64,000 nt of DNA from NCBI GenBank assembly GCA_902777275.1, contig CACYTI010000005.1, positions 39,813 through 103,812 of the forward strand, in the 5' to 3' direction. This DNA comes from an uncultured Ruminococcus sp. (GTDB lineage: Bacteria; Bacillota; Clostridia; Oscillospirales; Acutalibacteraceae). Position numbers and translations under genes: made by a program. This document shows, piece by piece, positions 26,125-35,094 of this stretch (position 1 is its first letter; every line of letters starts with the position of its first letter). The notes under the pieces are model-generated. The model was not told where the DNA came from and did no database searches. It was given only the letters and a program-made list of their open reading frames with translations.

Positions 26125-27243
26125 TTATATCAAACGGAGAACCTGTTTGACAACGGAATAAATGCGCTCATTTGCATTTGTTATTGCCATTTTTTTGGAG
26201 TTTTCGCTGAATTTTGCAAGGGTGTCGGCATTTTGCAGCATATAGTCAGCCTTTCGCATAACCGCCTCGCCGCTCAATTCGCTCTCCTCGATTATCTCCG
26301 CCGCGCCCGCGTTGACAAGCGCCATCGCGTTGTGGTACTGGTGATTCTCTGCTACGTTGGGTGAGGGGATCAGGATCGCGGGCTTGCCCATAGCCTGTAT
26401 CTCGCTCAGTGTGATCGCTCCCGCTCTGCTTATAACCAAATCGGCAGCCGCCATGCACTGGGGCATATTGTCGATATATGGACGGACATCAAGGTTACTG
26501 CATTTTTTGATGTCGGTTCCCAATTCCCTTACCATATCGGGGAAGCCTCCGCCGTACTTGCCATAGGCGTGGATATGCTGATACCTGCCGTCCTTGCCGC
26601 TTCTTGCGATAAGCGCGGCGAGCGACTCGTTTATCCTCTGCGCTCCGAGGCTTCCTCCAAAGGAAAGGATAACGGGGCGCGAATCGAGTCCAAGCGTCTC
26701 GCGCGAGGTCTGCCGGTCGGCTGTTAAAATCTCACCTCGGACGGGGTTGCCCGTGACAACGGTATCGGCTCCTTTAAAAAACGGCTTTGCCGCCTCGGAA
26801 GCGAGCATAACCTTTTTTACGCGCTTGGCGAGCATTTTATTTGTGATACCCGGATAAGCGTTCTGCTCGTGTATGATGCAGGGCACGCCCAGCCTTGACG
26901 CCTCGCGCACAACAGGACCCGAAACATAGCCGCCGGTGCCGATGCAGATATCCGGGTGAAAATCCCTGATTATGTGCCTTGCGGCTGCGGAGGAGGTTAT
27001 GGTGCGCCTGATAGTTCTTGCGTTAGCGACCATGCTTTTCGGCGACATACTGCGCTGAAAGCCGCTGATAGTAATTGATTTTATTTTAAAGCCCGCCTGC
27101 GGAACAAGCCGCTGCTCCATTCCGTCGCGGTTGCCGATAAACAGAAACTGCGCATCGGGGTGTAATTCCTTGATATAGCCCGCAATTGCAAGCGCGGGAT
27201 TGATGTGTCCGGCGGTGCCTCCGCCTGCCAGTAAGATTTTCAT
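26125..27243 (-). CDS. murG: Undecaprenyl-PP-MurNAc-pentapeptide GlcNAc transferase
   Basis: It begins MKILLAGGGTAGHINPALA and matches at full length. Confidence 0.95.
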   Translation of the reverse strand: MKILLAGGGTAGHINPALAIAGYIKELHPDAQFLFIGNRDGMEQRLVPQAGFKIKSITISGFQRSMSPKSMVANARTIRRTITSSAAARHIIRDFHPDICIGTGGYVSGPVVREASRLGVPCIIHEQNAYPGITNKMLAKRVKKVMLASEAAKPFFKGADTVVTGNPVRGEILTADRQTSRETLGLDSRPVILSFGGSLGAQRINESLAALIARSGKDGRYQHIHAYGKYGGGFPDMVRELGTDIKKCSNLDVRPYIDNMPQCMAAADLVISRAGAITLSEIQAMGKPAILIPSPNVAENHQYHNAMALVNAGAAEIIEESELSGEAVMRKADYMLQNADTLAKFSENSKKMAITNANERIYSVVKQVLRLI

Positions 27244-27296
27244 TATATCGCTCCCATTATTTACCGTTTGATGATTTCAACGACCGGACTGCGCTG

Positions 27297-28586
27297 TTAT
27301 TGCTTTTCAATATTTGCCGTGCGTGAAATTGAAAGCACAATGCCCATCTGCGCCAACAGCATGATAAGCGAGGAGCCGCCATAGCTGAAAAACGGCAGGC
27401 TTATACCGGTGTTGGGCAGCCAGTCGGTGATAACCAAAATGTTGAGCACCACCTGAACGCCGATTTGCGAGGTCAGTCCTATGCCGAGCAGCTTTCCGAA
27501 TTTATCCTTTGCGCGGAGCGAAAGCGTTATTCCTCTCCATACAAGCAGAGCAAAAATAAGCAGAATGATTATCGCTCCGATAAGACCGAGCTCCTCGACC
27601 ACGATAGCGAAGATAAAGTCGTTCTGAGGCTCGGGCAGATAGAGGAACTTCTGATGCGACTGACCGAGACCCAAGCCCCAAAGTCCGCCGGAGCCGATGG
27701 CATAGAGCGAGTTGCGCGTCTGCCAGGTGTCGTTCCACATATCGGTACCGCGCTCAGCCGAGAGTGCCTCTCCCCAGCCGTCCATGCGGCTCATGGCATA
27801 CGACAATCCGCCCGACACCGCTAAAATCAGTATGATTCCGACGAGAACTATGCCGCCCACTATCAGATATTTTGTTTTCATCCCTCCGATATACAGCATT
27901 ATCACCGTAAGCACGCCGACAATAACAATGCCCGAATAATGCGGCTCAAGAAGAAGCAGACCCGAGATCGTTCCGAACACGATAACACCCGGAAGCACGC
28001 TGTATTTTGGAAGCTGCATCAAATTGTAATATTTGCTCGCCCAGTGAGCAAAGAACAGTATAACGGCAAACTTGGCTATTTCCGAGGGCTGCAGATTGAA
28101 ACTGCCCAACGATATCCAGCGCTTTACTCCTCCTTCTCCCGACGGAAGAACCAACACGAGGAAAAGCGTAAAATACGCCACTCCCAGTACGAACGGAGCA
28201 ACCTTATGAAGCTTGTTGTAGTTGAAGAACGACAAGACGATCATCGCCGCCAAGCCGATGCCGATAAAAATCAACTGACGTGTCAGATAAAAGAAGCTGT
28301 CGCCCTGCGTATAATATGAAAATGCATAGCTTGCCGAAAACATCATTATTGTGCCGATGATCAGCAAAATCAGGATTATTATGCAAAACGGCAAATCAAT
28401 GCCCATTCCCACAGCGAACCATTTCGCGTTTTTCATTTTGCGCTGCCTTGACGGGCGAACAAAAAACCTTTCTTTGTCTTCTTTCGGCATAGCTTTTTGA
28501 TCACCCGCGTTCTGACCGTGCTTGTAGCGGTGGTCATAAACGCGGTTCACGTCGCCGCGCAAAATCATTTTTAAATTAGGAGCCAA
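27297..28586 (-). CDS. ftsW: FtsW/RodA/SpoVE family peptidoglycan glycosyltransferase
   Basis: It is a 10-TM SEDS protein. The start was set to TTG 28586, which has GGAGG 7 nt upstream. The longer ORF (to 28820) runs into repeat R1. Confidence 0.9.
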   Translation of the reverse strand: MAPNLKMILRGDVNRVYDHRYKHGQNAGDQKAMPKEDKERFFVRPSRQRKMKNAKWFAVGMGIDLPFCIIILILLIIGTIMMFSASYAFSYYTQGDSFFYLTRQLIFIGIGLAAMIVLSFFNYNKLHKVAPFVLGVAYFTLFLVLVLPSGEGGVKRWISLGSFNLQPSEIAKFAVILFFAHWASKYYNLMQLPKYSVLPGVIVFGTISGLLLLEPHYSGIVIVGVLTVIMLYIGGMKTKYLIVGGIVLVGIILILAVSGGLSYAMSRMDGWGEALSAERGTDMWNDTWQTRNSLYAIGSGGLWGLGLGQSHQKFLYLPEPQNDFIFAIVVEELGLIGAIIILLIFALLVWRGITLSLRAKDKFGKLLGIGLTSQIGVQVVLNILVITDWLPNTGISLPFFSYGGSSLIMLLAQMGIVLSISRTANIEKQ

Positions 28587-28718
28587 GTTGTTTCCTCCCT
28601 TTGGTTTTTCAATGCGCAAAAGCGCGGTGCTTCCGGCTGCAGCGCCGTCAGCAAAGGATCCTTTTTTAAAAAGTACTGTCATTATCTTTGGAAACGACTG
28701 CGTGTTTACCTTTTTGGT

Positions 28719-28834
28719 GTAGGGGCGCACCCATGTGTGCGCCCGTGAGCGCTGAACTAAAAGTTGCGTTTCTATCGACAATCGGACGTAAAAATAACGT
28801 CGGTTCAAGGGCGAACACATGGGTTCGCCCCTAC
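28719..28834 (+). repeat. R1 (REPIN-like) copy
   Basis: The sequence is GTAGGGGCGCACCCATGTGTGCGCCC - core - GGGCGAACACATGGGTTCGCCCCTAC. It lies in the mraY-ftsW spacer. Confidence 0.9.
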
Positions 28835-28926
28835 GAAGTCATGGCAATGACGGTTTTAGTTTATAACAGTAATTATTAAAGAAGGCGTTTTTGTGAGTAT
28901 CTAAAAACTCAGTACATTAAGATATA

Positions 28927-29970
28927 TTAATAGATAGAGAATTTTACTCCGAAGGTGACGAGCAGGAACGATATCAAGCCGAAAACTGCGGTAACGGCGC
29001 TGAACACCGCCACGATTTTAACCTCGCTCCAACCGCACATCTCAAAATGATGGTGGATAGGGCTCATTTTAAACAGGCGCTTGCCGTGTGTAAGCTTAAA
29101 ATAGCCGACCTGCAAAATAACCGAGAACATATCGCAAAGGTACACGATGCCAAGCGGAATAAGAAGTATGGGGAGCTTGACGGCAAACGCCATGGCACAG
29201 ACCGCTCCGCCGAGGAACAGCGAGCCTGTGTCGCCCATGAACACCTTTGCGGGGTGGAAGTTCCACACCAAAAATCCGAGGCACGCGCCCGCGATAGCCG
29301 CGCTTAACGCCGTGACGCCCAGGCAGTAAAGCGCGCTTGCGATAAGCATAACGGCGACAGCCACAAAGAAGGTGATCGAGCCGACAAGACCGTCAACGCC
29401 GTCGGTGAGGTTGACGGCGTTGACCACGCCGACGATAACCACAGCCGAAATAATATAATAGAAGAATCCCAAATCAACCATACCTACGAACGGAATAGCG
29501 GTTTTAGTGCCGCAGCCGGATACTCCGAGCACGGCGAGATAGGCGCCTGCCGCAGCGAACTGAAGAACAAGCTTCTGCCATGCGGAAAGACCCTTGTTGC
29601 GCTTTCTGACAACCTTGGTGTAGTCGTCGATAAAGCCGATAAGACCGTTGGCGAGAGCCAGACCGAGACCCGCGAAGATATAAACTGTCTCGCTGCTGAT
29701 GTCGGCGCGGTAGGTGTTGATGAAATCGTTTCCCGTAAGAATATATATAACGGTGCTTATGATCGTCACAACGGTGATCGCGACAATAAACATAATTCCG
29801 CCCATAACGGGAGTACCCTGCTTTTTCTTGTGCCAGCTGGGACCGATATCGAGGATCGTCTGTCCGAAGTTGATTTTGTGCAGGTAAGGGATCAAAAACT
29901 TACCTGTTACCGCAGAGATCGCAAAAGCTAAAATCGCTGCGCAAAATGTCCAAATGCCGTAAACTACCAT
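28927..29970 (-). CDS. mraY: Phospho-N-acetylmuramoyl-pentapeptide transferase
   Basis: It is a full-length MraY-type membrane protein (..NLTDGVDGL.., ..FMGDTGSL..). Confidence 0.95.
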   Translation of the reverse strand: MVVYGIWTFCAAILAFAISAVTGKFLIPYLHKINFGQTILDIGPSWHKKKQGTPVMGGIMFIVAITVVTIISTVIYILTGNDFINTYRADISSETVYIFAGLGLALANGLIGFIDDYTKVVRKRNKGLSAWQKLVLQFAAAGAYLAVLGVSGCGTKTAIPFVGMVDLGFFYYIISAVVIVGVVNAVNLTDGVDGLVGSITFFVAVAVMLIASALYCLGVTALSAAIAGACLGFLVWNFHPAKVFMGDTGSLFLGGAVCAMAFAVKLPILLIPLGIVYLCDMFSVILQVGYFKLTHGKRLFKMSPIHHHFEMCGWSEVKIVAVFSAVTAVFGLISFLLVTFGVKFSIY

Positions 29971-30008
29971 TTTTTACCGTTCCTTTCAGTTGTCTTTCGG
30001 AAATCCGA

Positions 30009-32327
30009 TCAATCGTTAAAGCCTTCGCTCGACGCCGCCGAGAACGTAAGCGTTATTACAGTGCCGGGCGGAACATTTTCGCCCTCCTTGATATCCTGCG
30101 CGGTACAGATTCCTCCGCTTCTCACAGCGCCCTTGAAGCTGATGTTCAGCCCGTTGCCTGCGGCTATGAGGTTGGCGTCGGACGCGGTGCAGTCCTTGAA
30201 GTCGGGCACCGAAACGGTCTCCGTCTTGCTCTCATCGTCGGTGAACAGAACGATGTTGCCGCCCGCCGAAACCTTTGAGGATACGCCCGGAAGCTGTGAA
30301 ATGACCTTTTCGCCATAGCCCTTTACGCTTACGGTGAAGCCGTCCGCCTTAGCCTTTTCGGTCGCCTGCTCAACCGTCAGCCCGGTGTAATCTCCGGCTG
30401 AGGTGTCGAGATATTTGAGGTCCTCCTCGGAGTAATTCGTCTTAACTTCAAGATAAGGAAGCACCTCTGTCATTATATTTATGAACACCGGAGAGGCGAC
30501 CTGCGAGCCGTAGTACGCCTTGCCGGACGGTGTATCAAAGAAGACCAGCATGGCGATCTGCGGATCATCCGCAGGCGCGTAGCCGCACAGGGACGAGATG
30601 TAGTCCTCTTCAAATGTACTTTGCTTTTCAACAACTCCGATTTTTTCGGAGGTACCCGTTTTGGCAGCGATTTTATAGCCCGCCACGTAGCCGGCCGTCG
30701 AACCGGATTTTTCGGAGTTGTAGCCGAGAATGGCGTTCATTCTTTCGGAGGTCTTGTTTGAAACGACCTGCCGCTTGATTTTCTTTTCAACGCTTTTAAT
30801 AACGTTGCCCTTTGAGTCTGTGATCCTTGAAACGACGTAGGGCTGCAGAACGTAGCCGCCGTTTGCGACCGCCGAGCAGGCGGTGATCATCTGAATAGGC
30901 GTAATGCCGAAGTTCTGTCCGAAGGAGGCGACCGCGAAGTCGACTTCGGTCATCGTTCCTTCCGCCCAGAAAGTGTCGTCCGATTCGCCCGGAAGGTCGA
31001 TGCCCGATTTCTCGGAGAAGCCGAAGCCCTTGTAATAGTCGCGGAATTTCTGGATGCCCACGAGCTGACCGATTTGAATGAAGGCGGGGTTGCAGGAGTT
31101 GCAGACCGCCTCGACAAAGGTTTGAGTTCCGTGACCGCCGAGGTTGTGACAGTGGATAGTTTTATCCTCAACGACCATGGAGCCGCTGCATACAAAAATA
31201 CTTTCTTCGGTCACCTTGCCCTCCTCAAGAGCCATTGCCGCGGTACACATCTTGAATACCGAGCCGGGCATATAGGTATCGGCGACCGCCTTGTTACGCC
31301 ATTTTGCCGAGAGCGCCTCGCCCTCAGCCGCCTCCCTTTCATTTTCGGGAAGAGAGGAAATCTTTCTTTTTTCTTCGTTTGTAAGCTCATACGGGTTGTT
31401 GAGATCATAGCCCGGTGAGACGACCATCGCTTTTATAGCTCCGGTGTTGACGTCCATGGCAATGCAGACGCCCTTGTTGAGAACGTTGTTTTCAGCCACG
31501 CCCTGCGCCATATACTTTTCGCAGATGGACTGAACGTTCTGGTCGATCGTAAGATAGATGTTGTCGCCGTCCTTTGAGGCGATATTCTGCTCATAGGCGA
31601 AGGGCATATCGGTTCCCTGCGCGTTTTGAGCCGTGATTATTCTGCCGGGGGTGCCGGCTAAGTATTTATCGTATTCATACTCCACGCCCTCAAGACCCTG
31701 TTCATCGGAGCCTGCAAAGCCTATTACGCATGATGCGAGGTCGTTGTGCGGATAGTAACGCTTGTAGTCGTCGAGCAAAGAGACCGCGCCGTAGCATTTG
31801 TAATCCTTAGAGAGCGTTTCTATAAGCTCCAGCACCTTGTCGCGCTCCTCGACCTCGACCTTTCGCTTTACGACTGTGTAATAGCTTTTTTGCCTTGTTT
31901 TTTCAAGCACGTTTTCATAATCAAGACCAAGGATCTCCGAAAGCCCGCGTGCCGCCGCCTCGCGTGCCGCCTCACCGCGCTCCTCGTCATCCTTATCCTC
32001 GAAGTTGATTGGCGACATTACTACCTGCCAAACCGAGGCGCTTTCTGCAAGCACATTGCCGTTGGCGTCATAAATCGTTCCTCTTTTAGCCGTAAGCGTG
32101 GTGTCGGCAAGCTGCTGGTCAACCGCGCGCTCCTGCAGCTCGCTGCCGTGAACTAAGGTCAGCAGAGCGAGTCTGGCTGTGGCGGCGCCGAAGCCCAGCA
32201 CAAGAATTATCATTATAAGAACAGCCGCACGCTGTCTGAGCCTTTGATTTGGACCCTTTTGGGTGCGCTTCGGCTTTCTTTTGAATTGTTCAGCCCTTGG
32301 TTTTTCGTTACTTCTGTTTTCGTCCAA
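30009..32327 (-). CDS. Class B penicillin-binding protein (FtsI/SpoVD type) with two C-terminal PASTA domains
   Basis: It carries SVFK, SCN and KTGT motifs. It has a TTG start with GGGAGG 7 nt upstream. Confidence 0.9.
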   Translation of the reverse strand: MDENRSNEKPRAEQFKRKPKRTQKGPNQRLRQRAAVLIMIILVLGFGAATARLALLTLVHGSELQERAVDQQLADTTLTAKRGTIYDANGNVLAESASVWQVVMSPINFEDKDDEERGEAAREAAARGLSEILGLDYENVLEKTRQKSYYTVVKRKVEVEERDKVLELIETLSKDYKCYGAVSLLDDYKRYYPHNDLASCVIGFAGSDEQGLEGVEYEYDKYLAGTPGRIITAQNAQGTDMPFAYEQNIASKDGDNIYLTIDQNVQSICEKYMAQGVAENNVLNKGVCIAMDVNTGAIKAMVVSPGYDLNNPYELTNEEKRKISSLPENEREAAEGEALSAKWRNKAVADTYMPGSVFKMCTAAMALEEGKVTEESIFVCSGSMVVEDKTIHCHNLGGHGTQTFVEAVCNSCNPAFIQIGQLVGIQKFRDYYKGFGFSEKSGIDLPGESDDTFWAEGTMTEVDFAVASFGQNFGITPIQMITACSAVANGGYVLQPYVVSRITDSKGNVIKSVEKKIKRQVVSNKTSERMNAILGYNSEKSGSTAGYVAGYKIAAKTGTSEKIGVVEKQSTFEEDYISSLCGYAPADDPQIAMLVFFDTPSGKAYYGSQVASPVFINIMTEVLPYLEVKTNYSEEDLKYLDTSAGDYTGLTVEQATEKAKADGFTVSVKGYGEKVISQLPGVSSKVSAGGNIVLFTDDESKTETVSVPDFKDCTASDANLIAAGNGLNISFKGAVRSGGICTAQDIKEGENVPPGTVITLTFSAASSEGFND

Positions 32328-32556
32328 ACATATACCTCCCGGTTCAAGGATCGCTCCGGCGATTGCCGGCCGGTTTTTTTCGGGCGCGTCAACGGGCGCA
32401 CCTTTGCTTCAAATGAGTATTATAACAGATTTCGCAGGATTTTTCAATCGTTTACTGTAATTAAATGTCAACAAAAACGCCGTCAAATCGAAAAAGAGCC
32501 AAGACGCAGTCTTAACTCTCATTCTTTTTAATATATTTATTTTGTGACAATGAAGG

Positions 32557-33105
32557 TTATGACCAGAGATTTGCCAAAGATTCAAAAAACTGTGTAAAGA
32601 TATTATTGTCCTTCTGCGCGGAAACCTCCGCCTTGTCGTCTGTTTCGAGCGCCACAAATTCCTTCTGCGCGTTTGAAGCCTTTGTCATGCCGAGAACCTC
32701 GGTGGCATATTTTTCAATTTCCGCGTTTGAAAGATTTGATTCAACCTTCATCTGGTTCTGTATATAAATGCTCTCAGTATCGGCGAGAGTTTTTTCGGCT
32801 GTAATAATTTTCTGGTTAAGCTCGGTGAGCTGAACCTGTCCGACGATTATAACGCCGATAACAAATGTGACTACCCCGGCTCCCACTGCCCCTAAAGCAA
32901 TTTTTACGGGGCTGTGCTTGCGTCGTCTTATTCTGTTAAGCTCCTCTTCGGGAAGCTTGACCACCTTATTGCGGCGAATTGGTTTTTTTCTGCCCTGCCG
33001 CTGCGGCTCATTGTCGATTTCACGCTTTGGAGCTGCGGTGGAAAAGTTGAACTCATCATCAAAAAGATTCAGGTCATAGGCAGCATCATGATTTCTGTAT
33101 GCCAT
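32557..33105 (-). CDS. ftsL: FtsL-like septal protein (single TM + coiled coil)
   Basis: The call rests on its position between rsmH and the PBP gene, its bitopic architecture and the start at ATG 33105. Confidence 0.6.
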   Translation of the reverse strand: MAYRNHDAAYDLNLFDDEFNFSTAAPKREIDNEPQRQGRKKPIRRNKVVKLPEEELNRIRRRKHSPVKIALGAVGAGVVTFVIGVIIVGQVQLTELNQKIITAEKTLADTESIYIQNQMKVESNLSNAEIEKYATEVLGMTKASNAQKEFVALETDDKAEVSAQKDNNIFTQFFESLANLWS

Positions 33106-33368
33106 ATTAAGCACCTTTCCAAACTTTAACAAAAAGAATTTTCATAAAACACACTGATTGGGAAACGAAATAGTTTCAAATCTTCAACAATTTCTACCCG
33201 CAAAATACGACATTTTCGTCGGTTTTGCCTAAAATAGCGGCTTTAAATCATATAAATGTCGATCAAAAGCCATAATGTGCAGTTGCCTGCGGTTGTAATA
33301 CTCTTTACAACTTTGTTATAATTTTACTACATCTTACGGCTTTTGTCCATAGCTTAGAGAAAAATTTT

Positions 33369-34292
33369 TTAAATTTTTTCACAAATTCTCAACTTTGCAC
33401 TTCTCGCTCTGGGGTTATTGTTCAATTCTGTCCCATTTGCACAAATGGGTTTTTTGTTTATTAATTTTGCCTTCGGCTTGTTTCCGCAGACGCAGACGGG
33501 GAAATCCTTCGGGCAGGTACAGCCCCTGCACCAGCCTGCCATTTTCTGCTTTACTATCCTGTCCTCAAGCGAATGAAACGTAATAACTGCCAGTCTGCCG
33601 CCCTTTGTCAGCAGCTTAAAGGCGTTGTCAAGTCCCAGATCGAGCAGCTCAAGCTCGTTGTTCACGGCTATGCGGATAGCCTGAAAGGTTTTACGCGCAG
33701 GGTGACCGTCGCGCCGCACCTTTTGGGGAACGTGAGCTTTAACTATCTCGGCAAGCTGAAGCGTAGTGGTTATCGGCTCCTGCTCCCTTGCCGCGATAAT
33801 GCCCTTGGCGATCGAAGAGGCAAATCTCTCCTCGCCGTACTCAAAAATAATTTTGCGCAGCTCCTCGTAGGGCAGCGTGTTCACAAGCTCCTCGGCGGTA
33901 ACTCCGCTTTGGCTCATGCGCATATCGAGGGGCGCGTTTTCGTGAAATGAAAATCCGCGCGATGCGGTGTCAAGCTGATGTGATGAAACTCCGATGTCCA
34001 GCAGCACTCCGTCTACCCGCTTCACACCGCGAAGCTCAAGCAGATCCTTCATGTTTCCGAAGTTGCCCTTGATGACAATGGCGTTCTCGTTGCGGCGGAA
34101 CCTTTGGTTCAGCACTGAAACAGCGTCGGGGTCACGGTCAATGGAAATCAGCTTACCCGTTGTAAGGCGTTTCAGAATTTCCGCGCTGTGTCCCCCACCG
34201 CCGGCGGTTCCGTCAACATAGATTCCGTTTTCCTTTATATTAAGTCCTTCAATTGTTTCGTCAAGAAGGACGGGAATGTGCTTAAACTCCAT
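33369..34292 (-). CDS. rsmH: 16S rRNA (cytosine1402-N4)-methyltransferase
   Basis: It carries HIPVLLDE..DGTAGGGGHS at full length. Confidence 0.95.
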   Translation of the reverse strand: MEFKHIPVLLDETIEGLNIKENGIYVDGTAGGGGHSAEILKRLTTGKLISIDRDPDAVSVLNQRFRRNENAIVIKGNFGNMKDLLELRGVKRVDGVLLDIGVSSHQLDTASRGFSFHENAPLDMRMSQSGVTAEELVNTLPYEELRKIIFEYGEERFASSIAKGIIAAREQEPITTTLQLAEIVKAHVPQKVRRDGHPARKTFQAIRIAVNNELELLDLGLDNAFKLLTKGGRLAVITFHSLEDRIVKQKMAGWCRGCTCPKDFPVCVCGNKPKAKLINKKPICANGTELNNNPRARSAKLRICEKI

Positions 34293-34301
34293 TTCGTCCT
34301 C

Positions 34302-34724
34302 CTATGATATATCGAGCTGAGTGAGCGCCTCGGCAATGGTGTCCCTTTGAGAGCCGATAAATTCCTCGAACCTCTTTCCGCTCCAAATCTCTACGCGGTT
34401 GTTCATGCCAATAACAAGCGCGTCACCTTCAATGCCGGCAAAGTCGCGCAGAGGCTGAGGAAGCATTATCCTTCCCGACGCGTTGGGAGCTACCTCTACC
34501 GCCGTGGCGGTAAACGTGTATTGAAGCGCCATTGCTTTGTCGGCGGGAAGCGCGGCTATACGCGCCGAAATAGCGTCAAACTGCTGCTTCGACATAGCCT
34601 GGATACAGGTGTTTCCGAATCCGCGCGCGACAAAAAAGCTGTCTCCCAACTCTTCACGGAATTTCGCGGGCAAAATGATCCTGCCCTTTGAATCAACCGA
34701 ATGATTCGACATACCGGAGAACAT
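34302..34724 (-). CDS. mraZ: Transcriptional regulator MraZ
   Basis: MFSGMSNHSVDSKGRIILPAKFRE plus a second SpoVT/AbrB-like repeat. The start is ATG 34724, after GGGAGGTGGG. Confidence 0.9.
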   Translation of the reverse strand: MFSGMSNHSVDSKGRIILPAKFREELGDSFFVARGFGNTCIQAMSKQQFDAISARIAALPADKAMALQYTFTATAVEVAPNASGRIMLPQPLRDFAGIEGDALVIGMNNRVEIWSGKRFEEFIGSQRDTIAEALTQLDIS

Positions 34725-34778
34725 TTGCCCACCTCCCTGCACGGTAAAGACTAATTTCGGTGCCATTTCGTTCATAAA

Positions 34779-34804
34779 ACACACAAAATGACACGAAATG
34801 ACAC
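34779..34804 (-). promoter_or_regulatory. Probable MraZ operator: three phased boxes GTGTCA / GTGTCA / GTGTGT at 10-bp spacing
   Basis: The boxes begin on the minus strand at 34804, 34794 and 34784, just downstream of the predicted -10. The pattern matches phased GTG-type MraZ boxes known from other bacteria. Confidence 0.5.
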
Positions 34805-34815
34805 CATTTGAATAA

Positions 34816-34844
34816 ATTATAATACAATGATTTATAAAAATCAA
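34816..34844 (-). promoter_or_regulatory. dcw/mraZ promoter (TTGATT-17-TATAAT)
   Basis: The -35 is at 34839-34844 and the -10 at 34816-21 on the minus strand. Confidence 0.55.
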
Positions 34845-35042
34845 GGGGTTGACTCAAATTTTTTTCTTAAAAAGATTTAAAAAAATTTATTCGGAGCCGC
34901 CTTGCGCGTCAGGCGGCAGTCGGAACACCGTATCGCGCGGCGCTTAACAAGCGCACTGTCAAAGATGTTTAACGCCCGTGTTTGTGTCAAAAATAAATAA
35001 AACAAAATTTGAGGAAAAAGAAAAATATATAAAAAAATATTC

Positions 35043-35071
35043 TTGTAATATAATGCGGTCTATGATATAAT
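35043..35071 (+). promoter_or_regulatory. rsmD-coaD promoter (TTGTAA-17-TGaTATAAT)
   Basis: The -35 is at 35043-48 and the extended -10 at 35063-71. This leaves about a 17-nt leader to the SD. Confidence 0.55.
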
Positions 35072-35094
35072 AGTTTTAATAGTGAGGTTTTCAT

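Noticed and set aside
28587-28820. An N-terminal 78-aa extension of the FtsW/SpoVE ORF.
   Set aside because: The extension is a translation of R1 copy 28719-28834 and flanking spacer. A GGAGG SD sits 7 nt before TTG 28586, immediately upstream of the conserved SEDS body.
28801-28834. tRNA-like T-arm sequence (GGGTTCGCCCC) in R1 right-hand hairpins, which might indicate tRNA genes or tRNA-derived SINE-like elements.
   Set aside because: No acceptor stem, D arm or anticodon arm can be drawn around it. The same position carries unrelated stems (GGGGCTCCCC, GGGTGCGACCC) in other copies.
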